64,000 bases of DNA from Planctomycetota bacterium (GTDB taxonomy: Bacteria; Planctomycetota; B15-G4; SIAN01): contig JANNXA010000020.1 of NCBI GenBank assembly GCA_031409275.1, positions 1 through 64,000 on the forward strand. The letters are read 5' to 3'. Shown piece by piece: positions 21,571 through 30,946 of the stretch. The notes beneath the pieces are model-generated. The model was not told the origin of the DNA. It was given only the letters and a program-made list of their open reading frames with translations, and searched no databases. A program made the translations under genes and the position numbers. Positions within the stretch are counted from its first letter, which is position 1, and every line of letters starts with the position of its first letter.

Positions 21571-22737
21571 CTACTTGGCGGCGGTGGTGCCGAACGTGAT
21601 GTTCCGGCGCGGGTCGATCGACGGTACGAGCGTGATGAACTCGCCGGTCGACAGGCGCGCGGCCTTGATCGTGAGCATCGGCTTGTCGCCGACGAGCGGA
21701 CTGTTGCCCTGAGTTACGCCGATGGCGGCGCCGGTGGTCGGGAGCCCCCAGTAGACGACGAGGTCGCTGTCGAGGAACGCGATCGGACCGCCGGGGTAGG
21801 TCGCGAGTCGGCGCGAGGGGTGGTCGGCACCGTGGAATGCGCCAGGCCAGCGGATGCCCGCGATCTCGCCGCTCGCGACATCGCGCTTCATCCATTCGGT
21901 GCCGACACCTTGCACCAGGATCGACCGACCGTCGCTCGAAACGATGCAGCGCCGACCGACCTGGAGCAGCTCTTTCGTCCCCGATGCGACATCGACTCGG
22001 AAGAGAGCTGGGACGCGACCGTCGGCGAGCGCGATGACGCTTCCTTCCTTGCCGAGCGCCTTCGTGTTGTAGGTCTTGATGGCGTCCTTCGGGAGCTCGG
22101 CCGGGCTGATCAGCGCACTGATGCAGAAGCTCGCGCCGTCGGGGAACCACGACACACTGCCTGCGAGGCCGCTCATCGTGAACGCGAGTGCTTTGCTGGA
22201 CGCGACGTCCCAGACCTCGACCCGCCCCTCATGGAAAATCGTCTTCGGCTCCACCGCCATGTACAGCGAGCGCGGATCACGGACGACCAGCGCGTGGCTG
22301 CCGGACGGCGACAGAGCGGGGCCGGCGAAGGTGAACTTGAATCCGGCGCCGTCCCGGCCTTGCGCGATCGGATGTGCCGGCCCTTCTTTCATGGGCAGCA
22401 GCGCCAGCGTCGCTGCCGGCGACTCGCTCAACACGACGAGCAATCGCCCGTCGCGATCGGGCCCACTCAGCTCGTGGACGATCGGCTGGCCTGCCTTCGC
22501 TTCGCGAATCGTCGTCGTTGACCCGCTCGCGAGGTCGCGTTGGACCAGGCCTCCGAGCGGTTCCGCCGTGATGACGAAGCCGCCGACAGCGCCACGCAAC
22601 GCCTCCGTCTCCTTGCCGTCGACCGTCGTCGGCTTCAACGCCTCCGTCGGCGCGGATTGCGGCGGGTCCTGGAAGAAGAGGCCCGCTGCCACCAGCGCCG
22701 TGCGCGACGTCCATGAACGGTTCATGAGCGCGTGCAT
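21571..22737 (-). CDS. Secreted TolB/WD40-like beta-propeller protein
   Basis: GGAGG RBS, leader, PALSPSG, VEVWDVAS, SWFPDG, VSSDGRSI repeats. Confidence 0.65.
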   Translation of the reverse strand: MHALMNRSWTSRTALVAAGLFFQDPPQSAPTEALKPTTVDGKETEALRGAVGGFVITAEPLGGLVQRDLASGSTTTIREAKAGQPIVHELSGPDRDGRLLVVLSESPAATLALLPMKEGPAHPIAQGRDGAGFKFTFAGPALSPSGSHALVVRDPRSLYMAVEPKTIFHEGRVEVWDVASSKALAFTMSGLAGSVSWFPDGASFCISALISPAELPKDAIKTYNTKALGKEGSVIALADGRVPALFRVDVASGTKELLQVGRRCIVSSDGRSILVQGVGTEWMKRDVASGEIAGIRWPGAFHGADHPSRRLATYPGGPIAFLDSDLVVYWGLPTTGAAIGVTQGNSPLVGDKPMLTIKAARLSTGEFITLVPSIDPRRNITFGTTAAK

Positions 22738-22979
22738 CCGACCCTCCAGAGTTCTCGAGTTGCGCGCGAACCTCCTCCACGACCGGCCCCGTTTCCGGAT
22801 CGTACCGATTCGGGCCGCGCGCCGTGCCGACCACGAGGGGGATGGTACGGGCGATCGAACCGGCGTCCTCCGAGCGCCAATCGCGGCGCCCTGAAAGAGA
22901 TCGCAACGGTTGCTCCTCGTCGCCGCCGAAGCGCAGCCGCCGCGCCGCCCGGCGCCGGTGAGGTTGGGGCGTTGGACGT

Positions 22980-24521
22980 TCAACGCCGCGCGTCGTCGGC
23001 GGCCTCGCGCAGCAGTTGGTCGAGGGCGGCGCGGTCGAGGTAGTGCCCACCGCGGACGACCGCCCGGATCTTCGCGAGGTTGCGAACGTCGGCGAGCGGG
23101 TCGGCGTCGAGCAGGACGAGGTCGGCGGCCTTGCCGGCGGCAACGGTGCCGAGCTCCGCCTCGAGCCCGAGCGCGATGGCCGGCAGCACGGTCGTCGACT
23201 GCAGCACTTCGAGCGGCGTCAGGCCGGCCTTCGCGAGGAGTTCGAACTCCTCGTGCAGGCTGTAGCCGAAGTAGACGAGCGGAAAGCTGTAGGCGGCATC
23301 GGTGCCGGCGAGGATCTGGGCGCCGCCGCGGTGGAGGTCGCCGACCATTCGGATCCGGTTCTCGCGCTCCTGCTTCCAGTCCGCGCGGATGGTTGCTTCA
23401 TCCTCGCCGCCGAGGTCGAGGCGCCCGAAGAACCAGCCGCGGTCCTGCGCCATCGACTGCAGCCACTTGCGCACCTCGGCGGGCGGTACCGACGCGAGGC
23501 GCGGATCCTCGAAGAGCTTCGCGAGCGCCGAGTCGTCGTCGGCGATCACTTCGTCTCGGTAGCGCGCGAGCCCCTCGACCAGCGTCGGCGTGAACCAGGT
23601 GCCGTTGCGCGCGAAGCGTCGCCCGAGCTCCTCGGCGACAGCCGGGTCGTAGGTCTCGATGCCGAGCCGGAACGTCTCCTGTTCGAGTCGGTAGTGCCGA
23701 GCGAGGTCGTGTTCCACTTCGGCCTCGACCTGTTCGCGCAGCTTGCCGCGGATCTCCGCCTCGGCAGTGCAACCGTCCATCCGGTGGCGGAACGAGTGCT
23801 CGATGAAGCGCATCCCGGCGTCGGATGCTTCGGCTGCGGTCAACTCGAGCGGAACATGGCCGCCGACCGGAAGGCCGCGCCTCTTTGCCTCGTCGAGGAT
23901 GGCGAAGAAGCAGTCGCGCGGCAGTCGGGTGTAGACCTTGACGAAGTCCATGCCGCCTTCGTTGAGGCGGACCACCGCGGCGCGCGCCTCCTCGGGCGTC
24001 GCGACCGACCAGAACTCCTTGAAGATGGGGTGCGGACCGTCGATCAGCGGGCCGCTGGTGACGAAGCGAGGGGCGAGGATCCGGCCGGCCGCGATCTCCG
24101 CGCGCAGCGCACGAATCTCCTCGAACGGGCGCGTCGTGTTCGGATCGCGAAAGCCGGTGATGCCGTTGCCGAGGAGGAGGCGGCGCGTTCGCTCGAAGCG
24201 GTCGCCCTTCAGCGCGTGCGCGTGAAAGTCCCAAAGTCCCGGGATCAGGAATCCGCCCGCGCCCTCGACGACGAGGGTGTCGCGCGCTGCGGTGGCGCCG
24301 CCCGTCGCGACGATCGCCGCGATCTGACCGGCCCGGATCGTCACGTCGCGGCGCGGCAGCAACGTCCCTTGCTCGACATCGACGACCGTCACATCGCGGA
24401 GCAGGAGCGGTCGTTCCGGACCGTCGGGAGCGGCTGCCGGCGAGCTGACGCAGCCTGAGACCGCGAGCAGCACGAGCAGGACGAGCAGGACGGCAGATCC
24501 GCGGCAAAGGGGCCATTTCAT
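22980..24521 (-). CDS. Amidohydrolase family lipoprotein
   Basis: Lipobox VSGC, LIPGLWDFHAH, DFVKVY, GHVP, IEH, AGTD, GTVAAGKAADLVLLDADP. Confidence 0.9.
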   Translation of the reverse strand: MKWPLCRGSAVLLVLLVLLAVSGCVSSPAAAPDGPERPLLLRDVTVVDVEQGTLLPRRDVTIRAGQIAAIVATGGATAARDTLVVEGAGGFLIPGLWDFHAHALKGDRFERTRRLLLGNGITGFRDPNTTRPFEEIRALRAEIAAGRILAPRFVTSGPLIDGPHPIFKEFWSVATPEEARAAVVRLNEGGMDFVKVYTRLPRDCFFAILDEAKRRGLPVGGHVPLELTAAEASDAGMRFIEHSFRHRMDGCTAEAEIRGKLREQVEAEVEHDLARHYRLEQETFRLGIETYDPAVAEELGRRFARNGTWFTPTLVEGLARYRDEVIADDDSALAKLFEDPRLASVPPAEVRKWLQSMAQDRGWFFGRLDLGGEDEATIRADWKQERENRIRMVGDLHRGGAQILAGTDAAYSFPLVYFGYSLHEEFELLAKAGLTPLEVLQSTTVLPAIALGLEAELGTVAAGKAADLVLLDADPLADVRNLAKIRAVVRGGHYLDRAALDQLLREAADDARR

Positions 24522-24706
24522 CCGATCGATCTCCGGGACCGTCGCCTCGAAGGCTACCGCTTCATGGGAGAGCCCGTGGCGGCGGCGGCCCGGTTTCACG
24601 TTCGCCAAGCGCCGCCATTGGAACACCTTTCCGTTGCGCATTGTCGCTCGGGCGACCGATGACGTTCCTCGTCGACGAAGGGATCGTCGCGTGGAGCCTG
24701 CCCCTG

Positions 24707-25936
24707 ATGCTGATCCGAACGCTGCTCGAGCTGATGGTGAAGAAGGAGGCGTCCGACCTCCACTTGAAGGTCGGCAGCCCGCCGGGGTTGCGCATCCACG
24801 GCGAGCTGATCCCCATCGACGGGATGCCGCCGCTGACGCCGCAGTCGGTGCGCGACTACTGCGAGGAACTGCTCGCTACCGACGGTCAGCGCGAGACCTA
24901 CGAGAAGAACCTCGAGATCGACTTCAGCTACGCCGTCGAGGGGCTGTCGCGCTTCCGCGTGAACCTCTTCCATCAGCGCGGCGCCTGCGGTGCGGTGCTG
25001 CGCAAGATCCCGTTCGACATTCCACCGCTCGACTCCATGGGCTTCCCGAACGTGGTGCGCGAGCTCTGCTCCAAGCCGCGCGGGCTCGTGCTGGTGACCG
25101 GGCCGACCGGGTCCGGCAAGTCGACGACGCTCGCCGCGATGATCGACCACATCAACCGCACCGAGCACGGCCACATCCTGACGCTCGAGGATCCGATCGA
25201 GTTCGTCCACGAAGACAAGCGCTGCTTCATCAACCAGCGCGAGATGGGGGTCGATTCGAAGTCGTTCAGCAACGCGCTGCGCAGCGCGCTGCGTGAGGAT
25301 CCCGACGTGATCCTGGTCGGCGAGATGCGCGACCTCGAGACGATCGCCCTGGCGATCACGGCGGCCGAGACGGGCCACCTGGTCTTCGGGACGCTCCACA
25401 CGACCAGCGCGATCCAGACGATCGACCGCATCATCGACGTCTTCCCGCACGACGCGCAGCAGCAGATCCGCATGCAGCTCTCGGTCGTGATCCAGGGCGT
25501 CATCTCGCAGACTCTGCTGCCCAAGCAGGGGGGCGGCCGCTGCTGCGCTCAGGAGATCATGATCGGCACCGACGCCGTGCGCAGCCTGATCCGCGAGGGC
25601 AAGACGCAGCAGTTGTCGAACGTGCTGCAGACCGGCACCCAGTTCGGCATGCAGACGCTCGAGACGCACCTGGTGAAGCTGGTCATGTCGGGGCTCATCA
25701 CCGCCGACGATGCCTGCGCCAAGGCCAACAGCCCGCAAAGCGTGTTGGCGATGCTGAATCGCGGCAACACCGTGACGGGTGGCGCGCCGACCACGACGGT
25801 GGTCTCGACCGCGCCGATCGCCGAGCCGATGGGGCCGCGAGCGGCCGCGTCGTCGAAGTCGACCGCGCACGCGCCGAACGAACTCGACGACTTCGAGAAG
25901 TTTCGTCAGCAGCGCCGCGTCGAATCGCGTCCGTGA
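24707..25936 (+). CDS. pilT: Type IV pilus retraction ATPase PilT
   Basis: ASDLHL, Walker A GPTGSGKSTT, EDPIE, LREDPDVILVGEMRD, GHLVFGTLHT, AVRSLIRE (AIRNLIRE-like). Confidence 0.93.
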   Translation: MLIRTLLELMVKKEASDLHLKVGSPPGLRIHGELIPIDGMPPLTPQSVRDYCEELLATDGQRETYEKNLEIDFSYAVEGLSRFRVNLFHQRGACGAVLRKIPFDIPPLDSMGFPNVVRELCSKPRGLVLVTGPTGSGKSTTLAAMIDHINRTEHGHILTLEDPIEFVHEDKRCFINQREMGVDSKSFSNALRSALREDPDVILVGEMRDLETIALAITAAETGHLVFGTLHTTSAIQTIDRIIDVFPHDAQQQIRMQLSVVIQGVISQTLLPKQGGGRCCAQEIMIGTDAVRSLIREGKTQQLSNVLQTGTQFGMQTLETHLVKLVMSGLITADDACAKANSPQSVLAMLNRGNTVTGGAPTTTVVSTAPIAEPMGPRAAASSKSTAHAPNELDDFEKFRQQRRVESRP

Positions 25937-26093
25937 CGGAGCGCCGCACGCGGCATCGCGTCGGGAGAAGCGATTTCTCCTGACGCACGCGACCTGACGC
26001 TACGGCGCGACGGTCGATCGACCCGATCCATGGATCATTCTCCTCCTTCTTGTAGTCGGGGCCCTGGACGGCGCGAGCCGGACGGGGCCCCGG

Positions 26094-27008
26094 CTATTTC
26101 CGCGCGCAGAGGAGACGCGTCCACGGCACGAAGACCGCATAGAGCGGCAGGTAGAGCCAGAACGGCGCGCGCATCGTGACCCAGATGCCAAGGTGCATCG
26201 CAGCGGCCGCCGGCACGAACAGCAGCGCGAGGCGTCGGCGCCACAGGACCAGCGGGAAGAGCCCTTCGACCAGCAACGAGAGCCAGGAAAGCGCCACGCA
26301 GAGGCGGTGGTGGTCGGCGATCCAGACGCTCGACGCGGTGCCCCAGAAGATCCCCTCCTGCAGCAGGTAGCCCTGCAGCGTGTAGCCGTTCAACCATTCC
26401 AGCCCGCTCGCGCCGAGCTTGCAGACGGCCGCCGACAGGTAGCAGAGCGCGAACATCCAGCGCAGGAGCTCGAGCGGCCACCCCGCCAGCGGATGGTCAG
26501 CGGTCGGGTCGACGACGACGCCGCGCCGTCGCGAGCGCCACGCATCGATCGAGAGCGCGTCGCCGGACGGCGAGAAGGCCAGCGCGAAGAGCATCACCAC
26601 GGTCAGCGCTTCGATGTGGTGATGCTCGCCGTAGCTGTAGCCGTAGCCCGAGATCAGCAGGTTGCCGAGCGCGAAGAGGAAGAGCGCCGGTCGCGTGGCG
26701 AGCCCGACGAGTCCGAAGGCGCCCGCCACGATCGCCACGCGCTGCAGCCAGACGAGCGCGATCAGCGGCGGTCGCTCGCCGCCGAAGAACGGGAGCAGCA
26801 GCGCACGCACGATCGGCAGCGGCTCCCACTTCGAGTCGGGCAGCGCGGCCAGCAGTTCGAGCCGTCCCCACACCGGGTAGGTGAAGAGCGCGTAGGGGAA
26901 CAGCATCACGAACAGTTGCAGTCCGACCACCAGCAGCCGAACGACGGCGAGGTCCTGTCGCGGTGCCGGTGCGAAGAAGCGGCGATGGAACGCGGCGGCG
27001 AGCCTCAT
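26094..27008 (-). CDS. HTTM-domain (VKGC/SdpB-like) multi-pass membrane protein
   Basis: Multiple TM helices; GDALSID, Y..AAV.KL...GLEW.NG, H..I...M motifs. Confidence 0.75.
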   Translation of the reverse strand: MRLAAAFHRRFFAPAPRQDLAVVRLLVVGLQLFVMLFPYALFTYPVWGRLELLAALPDSKWEPLPIVRALLLPFFGGERPPLIALVWLQRVAIVAGAFGLVGLATRPALFLFALGNLLISGYGYSYGEHHHIEALTVVMLFALAFSPSGDALSIDAWRSRRRGVVVDPTADHPLAGWPLELLRWMFALCYLSAAVCKLGASGLEWLNGYTLQGYLLQEGIFWGTASSVWIADHHRLCVALSWLSLLVEGLFPLVLWRRRLALLFVPAAAAMHLGIWVTMRAPFWLYLPLYAVFVPWTRLLCARK

Positions 27009-27550
27009 CGCCCATCCTCGGCCGCAGCGACTGGAATGGTGCGCTCGCGGAGGATGGCGCCAGCGCGGATCCCGTCGCGCGTGACGATCGCCGGCTCGTT
27101 CTCCATCACGATCGATTCCAGCGAAACGCCGCCACGTTCGTGCCAGCGTGCGGCGATCCGCGCGGCGCAGGTCGCGTCGCCGCCGCGCAGCGGATTCATC
27201 CACTCATCGCGGAACGCGCGAAACGGCAGGCCGAGCGCTTCGGCGTCGAGTTCGTGGCGCGCGCCGGCGGCGTCGATCCCGACGACGCGCGGACGATCGA
27301 TCGAGCGTCCCTCGTGCCAGTGGTTCGAGTACATGTCGTAGTCGAGGAACGGCCACAGCGCCGGCGTCGGCGCGAGACGCAGCGGCGCGAGCGCCTCGAA
27401 GCGGCGCGGCGGCGCCAGCAGCTTGAAGCCCGCCACCACTTGCAGGCAAAGCGTCGACACGACGAAGAGCGCCGCCAGTCGCGGCAGTCGCGGCGCGGCT
27501 TCCGGCGGCGCGGAAGCGGCGAGTGGCGAGCGGGGTGCGGCGCGGTTCAT
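27005..27550 (-). CDS. Membrane-anchored hypothetical protein, partner of the HTTM gene
   Basis: One N-terminal TM helix, WPFLDYDMYS; ATGA overlap with the HTTM gene. Confidence 0.65.
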   Translation of the reverse strand: MNRAAPRSPLAASAPPEAAPRLPRLAALFVVSTLCLQVVAGFKLLAPPRRFEALAPLRLAPTPALWPFLDYDMYSNHWHEGRSIDRPRVVGIDAAGARHELDAEALGLPFRAFRDEWMNPLRGGDATCAARIAARWHERGGVSLESIVMENEPAIVTRDGIRAGAILRERTIPVAAAEDGR

Positions 27551-27697
27551 CGCTCCATCCGGTGGGGGCGCGCCCGGATCGACGCGCGGCGCGGAGGCTA
27601 TCGAGCGTGCCGCCGCCGGCCACTCCCGATCCGTGGACGACCGGTGGGAAGCGCCGCGCGGATGGAAAAGCAGTGCGCGCGCCGTTATGCCTGTTCC

Positions 27698-29167
27698 ATG
27701 GCGCTCTCGAACCGAATCGTCACGACCGGGCTCACCTACGACGACCTGCTGCTGCTGCCCGGGCAGAGCGAAGTCCTTCCGACCGCGGTCGACCTTTCGA
27801 CGCGTTTCTCACGACGCGTCGACCTCAAGGTCCCGATCTCGAGTTCGGCGATGGACACCGTCACCGAGGCCAAGCTCGCCATCGCGCTCGCGCGGCAGGG
27901 CGGCATCGGCGTCATCCACCGCAACCTGTCGGCCGAGGCGCAGGCGCGCCAGGTCGATCAGGTGAAGCGCAGCGCGAACGGCGTGATCCTCGATCCGATC
28001 ACGCTGCCGCCCGACGCCGACGTGAGCCGTGCGCGCGAACTGATGGAGACCCACTCGATCTCCGGCATTCCGGTGATCGACGGCGGCAAGGTGATCGGCA
28101 TCCTCACGCGGCGCGACCTGCGCTTCCAGGAAGCGGCCGGCTCGAAGGTCGGCGACGTCATGACGAGGACGCCGATCACGGCGCCTCCCGGCACGACGCT
28201 CGAGCAGGCCAAGAAGATCCTCCATCAGCGCAAGGTCGAGAAGCTGCTGCTCGTCGACGGTGAGAACCGCCTGCAAGGTCTCATCACGATGAAGGACATC
28301 AAGCACCTCGACGAGTACCCCAACGCGTGCCGCGATGGGCGCGGACGGTTGCGGGTCGCTGGCGCCGTCGGCGTGTTCGACGAGGAGCGCAGCGCCGCGC
28401 TCGTCGAAGCGGACGTCGACGTGCTGGTGGTCGACACGGCGCACGGCCATTCGGCCAACGTCATGAAGACGGTGCGCATGCTGAAGGATCGCTTCCCCGC
28501 GATCGACGTGGTCGCGGGCAATATCGCCACGACCGAGGCGGCCGAGGCGCTGATCGAGGCGGGCGCCGACGCGCTCAAGGTCGGCATCGGGCCGGGCTCG
28601 ATCTGCACCACGCGCGTCGTCGCAGGCGTCGGCGTTCCGCAGCTCTCGGCCATCGACTTCTGCGTCGAAGCAGCTCGTCGCGCCGGCGTGCCGGTGATCG
28701 CCGACGGCGGCATTCGCCATTCAGGCGACATCGTCAAGGCGCTGGCGGCCGGCGCGTCGTGCGTGATGCTCGGTGCGCTCTTCGCCGGCGTCGACGAGTC
28801 GCCGGGCGAAACGGTCCTCTTCCGCGGACGCACCTACAAGGAGGTGCGCGGCATGGGATCGATCGGCGCGATGATGGACGGCTCCGATCGCTACGGGCAG
28901 GGCAAGGTGCGTCAACGCGACAAGCTGGTGCCGGAAGGCGTCGAGGGACTGGTGCCGCAGCGCGGTCCGCTCTGGCAGTTCGTCTACCAGCTTTGCGGCG
29001 GCGTGAAGAGCGGCATGGGCTACGTCGGCGCGCGCACGCTTGCCGAGCTCCAGCAGAAGGCGCGGTTCGTGCAGGTCACGACGGCGGGCCTGCGCGAGAG
29101 CCACGCGCACGACATCAAGATCACGCGCGAGGCGCCGAACTACTTCGCCGCCGACGCCGAGCAGTAA
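27698..29167 (+). CDS. guaB: IMP dehydrogenase
   Basis: [12 protein letters not shown] pair, [35 protein letters not shown]. Confidence 0.97.
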   Translation: MALSNRIVTTGLTYDDLLLLPGQSEVLPTAVDLSTRFSRRVDLKVPISSSAMDTVTEAKLAIALARQGGIGVIHRNLSAEAQARQVDQVKRSANGVILDPITLPPDADVSRARELMETHSISGIPVIDGGKVIGILTRRDLRFQEAAGSKVGDVMTRTPITAPPGTTLEQAKKILHQRKVEKLLLVDGENRLQGLITMKDIKHLDEYPNACRDGRGRLRVAGAVGVFDEERSAALVEADVDVLVVDTAHGHSANVMKTVRMLKDRFPAIDVVAGNIATTEAAEALIEAGADALKVGIGPGSICTTRVVAGVGVPQLSAIDFCVEAARRAGVPVIADGGIRHSGDIVKALAAGASCVMLGALFAGVDESPGETVLFRGRTYKEVRGMGSIGAMMDGSDRYGQGKVRQRDKLVPEGVEGLVPQRGPLWQFVYQLCGGVKSGMGYVGARTLAELQQKARFVQVTTAGLRESHAHDIKITREAPNYFAADAEQ

Positions 29168-29211
29168 CGCTTCGGCGCTGCTTCGGCGGCGCCGTCCAGC
29201 AAGGAGAGTCC

Positions 29212-30780
29212 GTGGCGGTTCGCCAGCGTGTCCTGATCCTTGACTACGGTTCGCAGTACACCCACCTGATCACGCGCCGTGTGCGCGAGCTGGGGGTCTA
29301 CGCCGAGACGCTGCCGTGCTGGGTCGACGCCAGCGCCGCGCCGACCGCCGCCGACGGACTGGTCGGCATCATCCTGTCGGGCGGCCCCAACAGCGTCTAC
29401 GACGCCGGCGCGCCACAGCTCCCGGACTGGGTGCTGCAGCGCGGCGTCCCGATTCTTGGCGTCTGCTACGGCATGCAGGCGCTCGCCTACAAGCTGGCGG
29501 GCCGCGATGCGGTGGCGCGCGGTGCGCGCGGCGGCGAATACGGCCATGCGACGATCGAGCGCGAGGATGGCGCCGCTGAGAGCGTGCTGCTGCGCGGGAT
29601 CAGTCGCTCGACGAGCGTCTGGATGAGCCACGGCGACAGCGTCGCGAAGCTGCCGCCCGGCTTCCGCCGAATCGCGAAGTCGGAGAGCTGCCCGCTGGCG
29701 GCGATGGAGGACGCGGCGCGCCGGATCTGGGCGGTCCAGTTCCACTCCGAGGTGACCCACACGACCGAGGGCCGCATCCTCCTCTCGAACTTCCTCTACG
29801 CGATCTGCGGCGCAGAGAAGCTCTGGGCGATGGAGTCGTTCCTCGAGGAGGCCAAGCAGAAGATCCGCGCGCAGGTCGGCAAGGGGCGAGTGATCCTCGG
29901 CTTGTCGGGCGGCGTCGACTCGTCGGTAGCGGCGGTCCTCCTGCACGAAGCGATCGGCGACCAGCTCACCTGCATCTTCGTCGACAACGGGCTGATGCGC
30001 GCCGGCGAGGCCGCGGAAGTCGTCGCCACCTTCCGCGACCACTTCAAGATCGACCTGCGAGCCGTCGATGCCAGCGCCGCGTTCCTCGGCGCGCTCGCCG
30101 GCGTCGCCGATCCCGAGCAGAAGCGCAAGATCATCGGCCGCGTCTTCATCGAAGTCTTCGAGGCGCAGGCCAAGCAGCTCGGCGACGCCAAGTTCCTCGG
30201 CCAGGGCACCCTCTATCCCGACGTGATCGAGTCGGTGTCGCCCAACGGCGGCCCGTCGCACACGATCAAGACGCACCACAACGTCGGCGGCCTGCCCGAG
30301 AAGCTCGGCTTGAAGCTCGTCGAACCGCTGCGCGAGCTCTTCAAGGACGAAGTGCGCGAGCTCGGCCGCCGCCTCGCGGTTCCGGCCGCGATCCTGAACC
30401 GCCATCCATTTCCTGGACCAGGGCTCGCGGTTCGCTGCCTTGGCGCCCTCGACACCGAAAGCCTCTCGTTGTTGCGCGCTGCCGACAAGATCGCCCGTGA
30501 AGAGCTCGAGAAGAGCGGCTGGATGGCGAAGACGTCGCAGTCCTTCGTCGTCCTGCTCCCGGTGCGCAGCGTCGGCGTGCAAGGCGACTGCCGCACCTAC
30601 GGGCGCGTTGCCGTCCTGCGCGCCGTCCAGACCGAGGACTTCATGACGGCGGGGTTCGCCCACCTGCCGCACGAACTGCTCGGCACCATCGCCAGCCGGA
30701 TCACCAACGAGGTGCGCGGCATCAACCGCGTGACCTACGACATCACGAGCAAGCCGCCCGCCACCATCGAGTGGGAGTGA
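29212..30780 (+). CDS. guaA: GMP synthase (glutamine-hydrolysing)
   Basis: LDYGSQY, GVCYGMQ, QFHSEV, SGGVDS, GTLYPDVIES, HHNVGGLP, SKPPATIEWE; AAGGAG RBS. Confidence 0.97.
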   Translation: MAVRQRVLILDYGSQYTHLITRRVRELGVYAETLPCWVDASAAPTAADGLVGIILSGGPNSVYDAGAPQLPDWVLQRGVPILGVCYGMQALAYKLAGRDAVARGARGGEYGHATIEREDGAAESVLLRGISRSTSVWMSHGDSVAKLPPGFRRIAKSESCPLAAMEDAARRIWAVQFHSEVTHTTEGRILLSNFLYAICGAEKLWAMESFLEEAKQKIRAQVGKGRVILGLSGGVDSSVAAVLLHEAIGDQLTCIFVDNGLMRAGEAAEVVATFRDHFKIDLRAVDASAAFLGALAGVADPEQKRKIIGRVFIEVFEAQAKQLGDAKFLGQGTLYPDVIESVSPNGGPSHTIKTHHNVGGLPEKLGLKLVEPLRELFKDEVRELGRRLAVPAAILNRHPFPGPGLAVRCLGALDTESLSLLRAADKIAREELEKSGWMAKTSQSFVVLLPVRSVGVQGDCRTYGRVAVLRAVQTEDFMTAGFAHLPHELLGTIASRITNEVRGINRVTYDITSKPPATIEWE

Positions 30781-30913
30781 GCGCGCCGCCGAACACGGCG
30801 GCCCGCCCTTTGCGAAAACTCGTTGCGAGCGGCCAGGCGGCACCCCTGCCTGCCGTTCCATCGCACGGCGAAGTTCGCCCGACCGAGCGAATTCGCCAGC
30901 CGGGCCGCGCATG

Positions 30914-30943
30914 GCAGAGCGTTGCAGAGCGTTGCGGAGCGTT
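30914..30943 (+). repeat. Three tandem 10-bp repeats GC(A/G)GAGCGTT just before the cytochrome operon
   Basis: GCAGAGCGTT GCAGAGCGTT GCGGAGCGTT, 3 nt upstream of the ATG at 30947. Confidence 0.8.
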
Positions 30944-30946
30944 TCG

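Noticed and set aside
29173..29194. cUUCGg hairpin between guaB and guaA as a purine riboswitch
   Set aside because: It is a single 9-bp stem in a 44-nt gap, too small for a riboswitch; at most an mRNA stability element.
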